64,000 bases of DNA, taken from a candidate division FCPU426 bacterium. GTDB taxonomy: Bacteria > Oederibacteriota > Muellerivitia > Muellerivitales > Muellerivitaceae. A program made the translations under genes and the position numbers. Below, one piece after another: positions 59,501-64,000 of this stretch. A model generated the notes under the pieces. The model was not told where the DNA came from and did no database searches. It saw only the letters and a program-made list of their open reading frames with translations. Where the stretch lies: assembly GCA_963771075.1 (NCBI GenBank), contig CAVYSE010000026.1, positions 1-64,000 on the forward strand, given 5' to 3'. How positions within the stretch are numbered: the first letter of the stretch is position 1; the number at the start of each line of letters is the position of its first letter.

Positions 59501-62500
59501 GCCACGAACGTCTCCTGCGGCACCGCGCTGGAAGACGGGAATTGCTCCCTCTTCAACCTGACCGTCTATCCCTATAACCCGGTTTGCGGTTCGGTCACCC
59601 AGATCAGCAAGATCAAGCTCACCGACCTGAACGACGGCAGCTCAACGATATTCGGGCCGGTCACCTACACCTGCACCAATTTCAACTTCCTGGTTCCGGC
59701 GGAGGCCATGGGGGTGGCCGCGGGCACGCCGCAACTCAACGCGATGTTCCGGGTGGACCTGTACGATTCCACGGGGACCACCGTCTGGGATTCCAGGACA
59801 CTGGGGCCTCTCAACCTGGAATACCCGGGCAACTCCATCTCCTCCTGCTCGGTGAACTGCATCACATCCGACCCCAATAACGGGGCCTGCCAGGCCTTCG
59901 TCCTGAACCTGGACGCCAACGGCCCGCCGGGGGTCCCCTCGGTCAGCTATGCCGGGGTGACGGATACCACCAACGGTATCGGGGTCGTGGTGGGCCCGAT
60001 CGACTATACCGGGACCACGGGCAGTTTCTCCGTGACCCTCCAGCCGGAGGATTTCGGCCTGACCAGCGCCGCCTCCCAGATAAGCTCAAATTTCGTCGTT
60101 AGGCTCCTGAATGAGCCCCAAAACACGGTGTTGGACAGCGCCGTGCCCACCGGGTCGCCCCTGATACTCGAAGGGCCCAGCGAATACATCTACAACAACA
60201 GCCTCAATTGCGTGACCCCCTTGACGGACGGGAACTGCGCCTATTTCACCTTCAACACCGACCTTTTCAATCCCTCCTCCTCGGCGGTCACTAGCAAGGT
60301 GACGCTGACGGATCGGACGAGGAACTACTCGGTTTACCTGGGACCCTTTGTCGATTCGGGAACCGGCAATTACGCCTTCGCGGTCACGTTGGATGGGGAA
60401 CTGATGGGCCTCTCGGCGGGCCAAACCGCCCTGAACGACGCCTTCGAGGAAACCTTGACCGATCCAAGCGGGGTGACGGTCTATGACAGCCAGCCCCTGG
60501 CCAACCCCTTCAGCTATGAATACGCCCCCAATTACCTCGCGGGCAGCGCCGTTTCCATCCTCTTTACCGACTCCCAGAACGGGGCCTGCCAGGGTTTCCA
60601 GTTGACGATTGACGCCAACGGCCAGGCGGGCCTGCCTTCCACCGGGGAAGCTTACGTGACCGACACGAACAACGGATACGGCGTCTGGGTAGGACCCTGG
60701 ACCTACAACGGGACGGGCGACAGTTTTGCCGTGACCCTTCTGGGCAGTGATTTCGACCTTCTCTATAACGCGGCGCCGGTCACGGCCAACCTGACGGTCA
60801 AACTATACGACGGGACGGGTACCGTCCTGCTGGATTCGGACACGCCCGCCGGGTCGCCCCTGACCCTGGAAGCCCCCGCTGAATATATCAACAGCCAAAC
60901 CTTCGGCTGTTCCACGGTCGGGGAGGACGGCAATTGCGAGGTCTTCACCTACAGCACCCTCCTCAGCAATCCTCTGGATATGCCCATCACGTCCCTGGTC
61001 GGCCTCCTGGACACCACCCAGGGCGTCACGGTTTATTTGGGCCCCGTCACCAACCCGGGAGGGAACAATTCCTACGGCGTGACCCTCCACCCCGAGAATT
61101 TCAACCTCGCCCCGGGCCAGGAGGCGGTCAGCCATGTCTTTAGGGAATTCCTGTTCAACGCGGCGGGCACCACCCTCCTCGACCAGCGGCCCGCCACCTT
61201 CAGCTACGAGTACCCGGCGAATTATTTCAACTCGGCCTCGGTTTCGGTGCTTTCCACCGACACCAACGGGGCCATCCAGCGGTTCCTCCTGACCCTGGCG
61301 ACCACGGGTCCGCCCGCCCTCACCTCCACCAACGTGGCCAACGTGATCGACAACCAAAACTCCGCCGCCACCCAGGTGGGCCCCTGGACCTACACCGGCA
61401 CCGGCAGTTACTCGGTGACCTTGAACGGGTCCGATTTCGGTCTGGACACCAACGCGGCCCCCTCCACGGTCAATTTGACCGTCAATCTTTACAACCCGCA
61501 GCTCCAATGGCTGGATACGATCGTCCCCGCGGGTTCGCCCATCACCTTGGAGGCTCCCTTCGAGTTCATTTACGGTACCTCTTACAATACCTTCAGCTGC
61601 CAGACGTTCGCCGAGGACGGGAACTGCACCTACTTCACCTACAACACCGACCTGGAAGCGCCTTACGGGGCGACGACACCGGTGACCTCCCTGGTGCGGC
61701 TCATCGACGTGACCAGCGGCGCTTTCGTGACCCTGGGTCCCTTCGTGAACAGCAACAACTCGATCACCGGCCACTCGGTGACCTTAAACGGGGCCAGCTT
61801 CGGCCTGGCTCCGAACGGGACGGCGGTCAACCACCAGTTCCAGGAGCAGTTGCTCGACGCCACCGGGGTGACCCTGCTTGACCAGCAGGCGGCCCAAACC
61901 TTCAGCTACGAGTACCCGGCCAATTATATTTCCTCCGCCGCGATCTCCGGTAATAGCCACCGACGGGGGCAACGGGGCGGTCCAAAGGTTCCTCTTGACC
62001 CTGGGGACCACAGGCCCCCCGGGGATCAATTCCACCAACTACGCCAATGTCATCGACAACCAAAACGGCAATTCCATCTCGGTGGGGCCCTGGAGCTACA
62101 CCGGCACCGGCGGTTACTCCGTGACCCTGATCGGGTCTGATTTCCAATTGACCACCAACGCGGCGCCGGTTACCACGGGCTTTACGGTCAAGCTTTATAA
62201 CCAGCAGAACCAATGGCTGGATACGAGGGTTCCCGCAGGGTCCCCCCTAAGCTTCGAGGCGCCCCCCATCTTCATCTACAGCCCCGCCGACGACACTTTC
62301 TCCTCCCAGACCACCGCCGAGGACGGGAACAGCACCTACTTCACCTACAACACCTACCTGGAAGCGCCTTACGGGGCGACGACCCCGGTGACCTCCCTGG
62401 TGCGGCTCATCGACGTGACCAGCGGCGCTTTCGTGACCCTGGGTCCCTTCGTGAACAGCAACAACTCGATCACCGGCCACTCGGTGACCTTAAACGGAGC

Positions 62501-64000
62501 CAGCTTCGGCCTGGCTCCAAGCGGGACGGCGGTCAACCACCAGTTCCAGGAGCAGCTGCTCGACGCCACCGGGGTGACCCTGCTTGACCAGCAGGCGGCC
62601 CAGACCTTCAGCTACGAGTACCCGGCCAATTCCCTTACCTCCGCCGCCATCTCCGTAATGGCCACCGACCCGGCCAACGGGGGAGCCGTCCAGCGGTTCC
62701 TCCTGACCTTGGGCACCTCCGGGCCCCCGGGGATCAATTCCACCAACTACGCCGAAGTGATCGACAACCAAAACAGCGAGGCGGTCTCGGTGGGGCCCTG
62801 GAGCTACACCGGCACCGGCGGTTACTCCGTGACCTTGATCGGGTCCTATTTCGGGCTGACCACCAACGCGGCGCCGGTTTCCACGGGCTTTACGGTCAAG
62901 CTTTATAACCAGCAGAACCAATGGCTGGATACGGCCATCCCGACCGGGGCGCCCTTTAATTTCGAGGCTCCCCCCGCGTTCATTTATGTCGGCGATAACG
63001 CCTTCAGTTGCACGACGGCGGACGAGGACGGGAACTGCGTTTACTTCACCTACAGCACCGTCCTGACTGCGCCCTTCGCCAATACCACCCCCGTGACGAC
63101 CCTGGTAAAACTGGAAAACCTGACCAGCTCGGTCACGGTGACAATGGGGCCCTTCGTGAACATCAACGGCGGGAACATCGCGCACGCGGTGACCTTGAAC
63201 GGCGCCAGCTTTGGGCTAGCGCCTGGCGGGACCGCGTTCAACCAGCAGTTCCAGGAGCAGGTGTTCGACGCCACCGGGGTCACGCTATTGGACCAGGGGG
63301 CGGCCCCGACTTTCAGCTACGAATACCCCACGAACTATATCTCCGCCAGCTCGCTCTCCTGCGGACAGACCGCCGCCGACGGGTCCTGCCAGGCCTTCAC
63401 CCTCACGATCGACGCCGACGGGGCGCCGGGCATCACTTCCACGAATTACGCCTACGTCTCCGACACCTCGAACAATGAATCGGTTTATGTGGGGCCCTTC
63501 AGCTACACGGGCGCGACCAGCTATTCCGTCACCCTTTTCCCCGACGATTTCCAGGTTGTCTCAACCTCGCCCGTGACCGCCAATTTCACCGTTCAGCTTT
63601 GGGATGAAAGCCTCACCCGCAATTTTGGCGCCTACGTGCCCGCAGGGTCGCCTTTGACCCTGGAGACGCCCCCGGGATACATTTACTCCAACGCCTTCAG
63701 CGGCTACGTATACGCCGAGGACGGCAACAGCGTCACCTTCACCTTTAGCACCACCTTGGACACGCCGGGCGGGGCCACCCAAAATTTCGAATTCGCCCTG
63801 GCCGACCTTTCCGATTCGGTCACTCAATTTTTCGGGCCGGTCCCCAACCCCGTCGGCAACCACCCCTATTCCGTGACCGTGACGGGAGCCCAATTCCTCC
63901 CCTCGCCGGGCCAGGAAGGGGTCAGCCAGGTGTTCGAGGAATTGCTGTTCGATTCCAGCGGGACGACCCTTTTGGGCCATTTGGACGCACCGACCTTGAG
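56525..64000 (+). CDS. Giant surface lipoprotein/adhesin-like protein (>2400 aa, runs off the window): N-terminal domains, ~530 aa Thr/Pro stalk, tandem ~235 aa two-domain repeats; one frameshift (extra G at 61949-61950)
   Basis: Lipobox-like LAILWGC. After removing one G the frame continues VIATDGGNGAVQRFLLTLG.. and keeps the repeat pattern to the window end. Start uncertain (TTG 56525 overlaps the upstream TGA). Confidence 0.8.
59140..64000 (+). repeat. About seven tandem ~700 bp coding repeat units (alternating A/B domains)
   Basis: A domains end GSPLxLEAP, B domains end FSYEYPxN. 61630-61924 is near-identical to 62336-62630 (offset 706). Confidence 0.85.

Noticed and set aside
61940..62140. 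Real stop of the giant protein at 62140
   Set aside because: The repeat pattern continues in the shifted frame; comparison with the next unit shows a single extra G, most likely a sequencing error.
1..64000. CRISPR arrays, tRNA/rRNA genes, transposases, integrases or phage genes
   Set aside because: None recognised; all long repeats are coding repeats without a spacer structure.

Overview
Bacterial DNA of roughly 60% GC (estimated by eye) from a diderm organism. The very long Thr/Pro stalks ending in a YPNP-type C-terminal domain recall FCPU426/Goldbacteria/Firestonebacteria-like lineages; this is inference and unverified. About 43 kb (668-43160) is a plant-cell-wall (cellulose/xyloglucan/glucuronoxylan) utilisation locus with no SusC/SusD, TonB, cohesin or dockerin. 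Its minus-strand operon, next to a LacI gene with a visible promoter and operator, encodes four secreted proteins (GH74, GH5, GH30, expansin) on long Thr-rich stalks. Three of these end in a shared T9SS-CTD-like domain; the fourth is truncated. Its plus-strand arm encodes GH30-CBM-SGNH and SASA esterase enzymes, four CBM-like lipoproteins flanking three tandem SLH/coiled-coil/beta-barrel outer-membrane proteins, an unassigned (alpha/alpha)-barrel-like protein, an AraC regulator, a GH67 alpha-glucuronidase and a sugar-binding protein. The barrel-plus-lipoprotein cassette is the best candidate for an undescribed glycan-uptake system. Downstream are miscellaneous genes, a Crp/Fnr-ric nitrosative-stress cluster, and a FecR-domain/beta-barrel/giant repeat lipoprotein cluster running off the window end. 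The first ~690 bp look like a chimeric, indel-rich CocE/NonD fragment. Several single-base frameshifts may be sequencing errors. All family calls are from motif recognition only; no searches were run.
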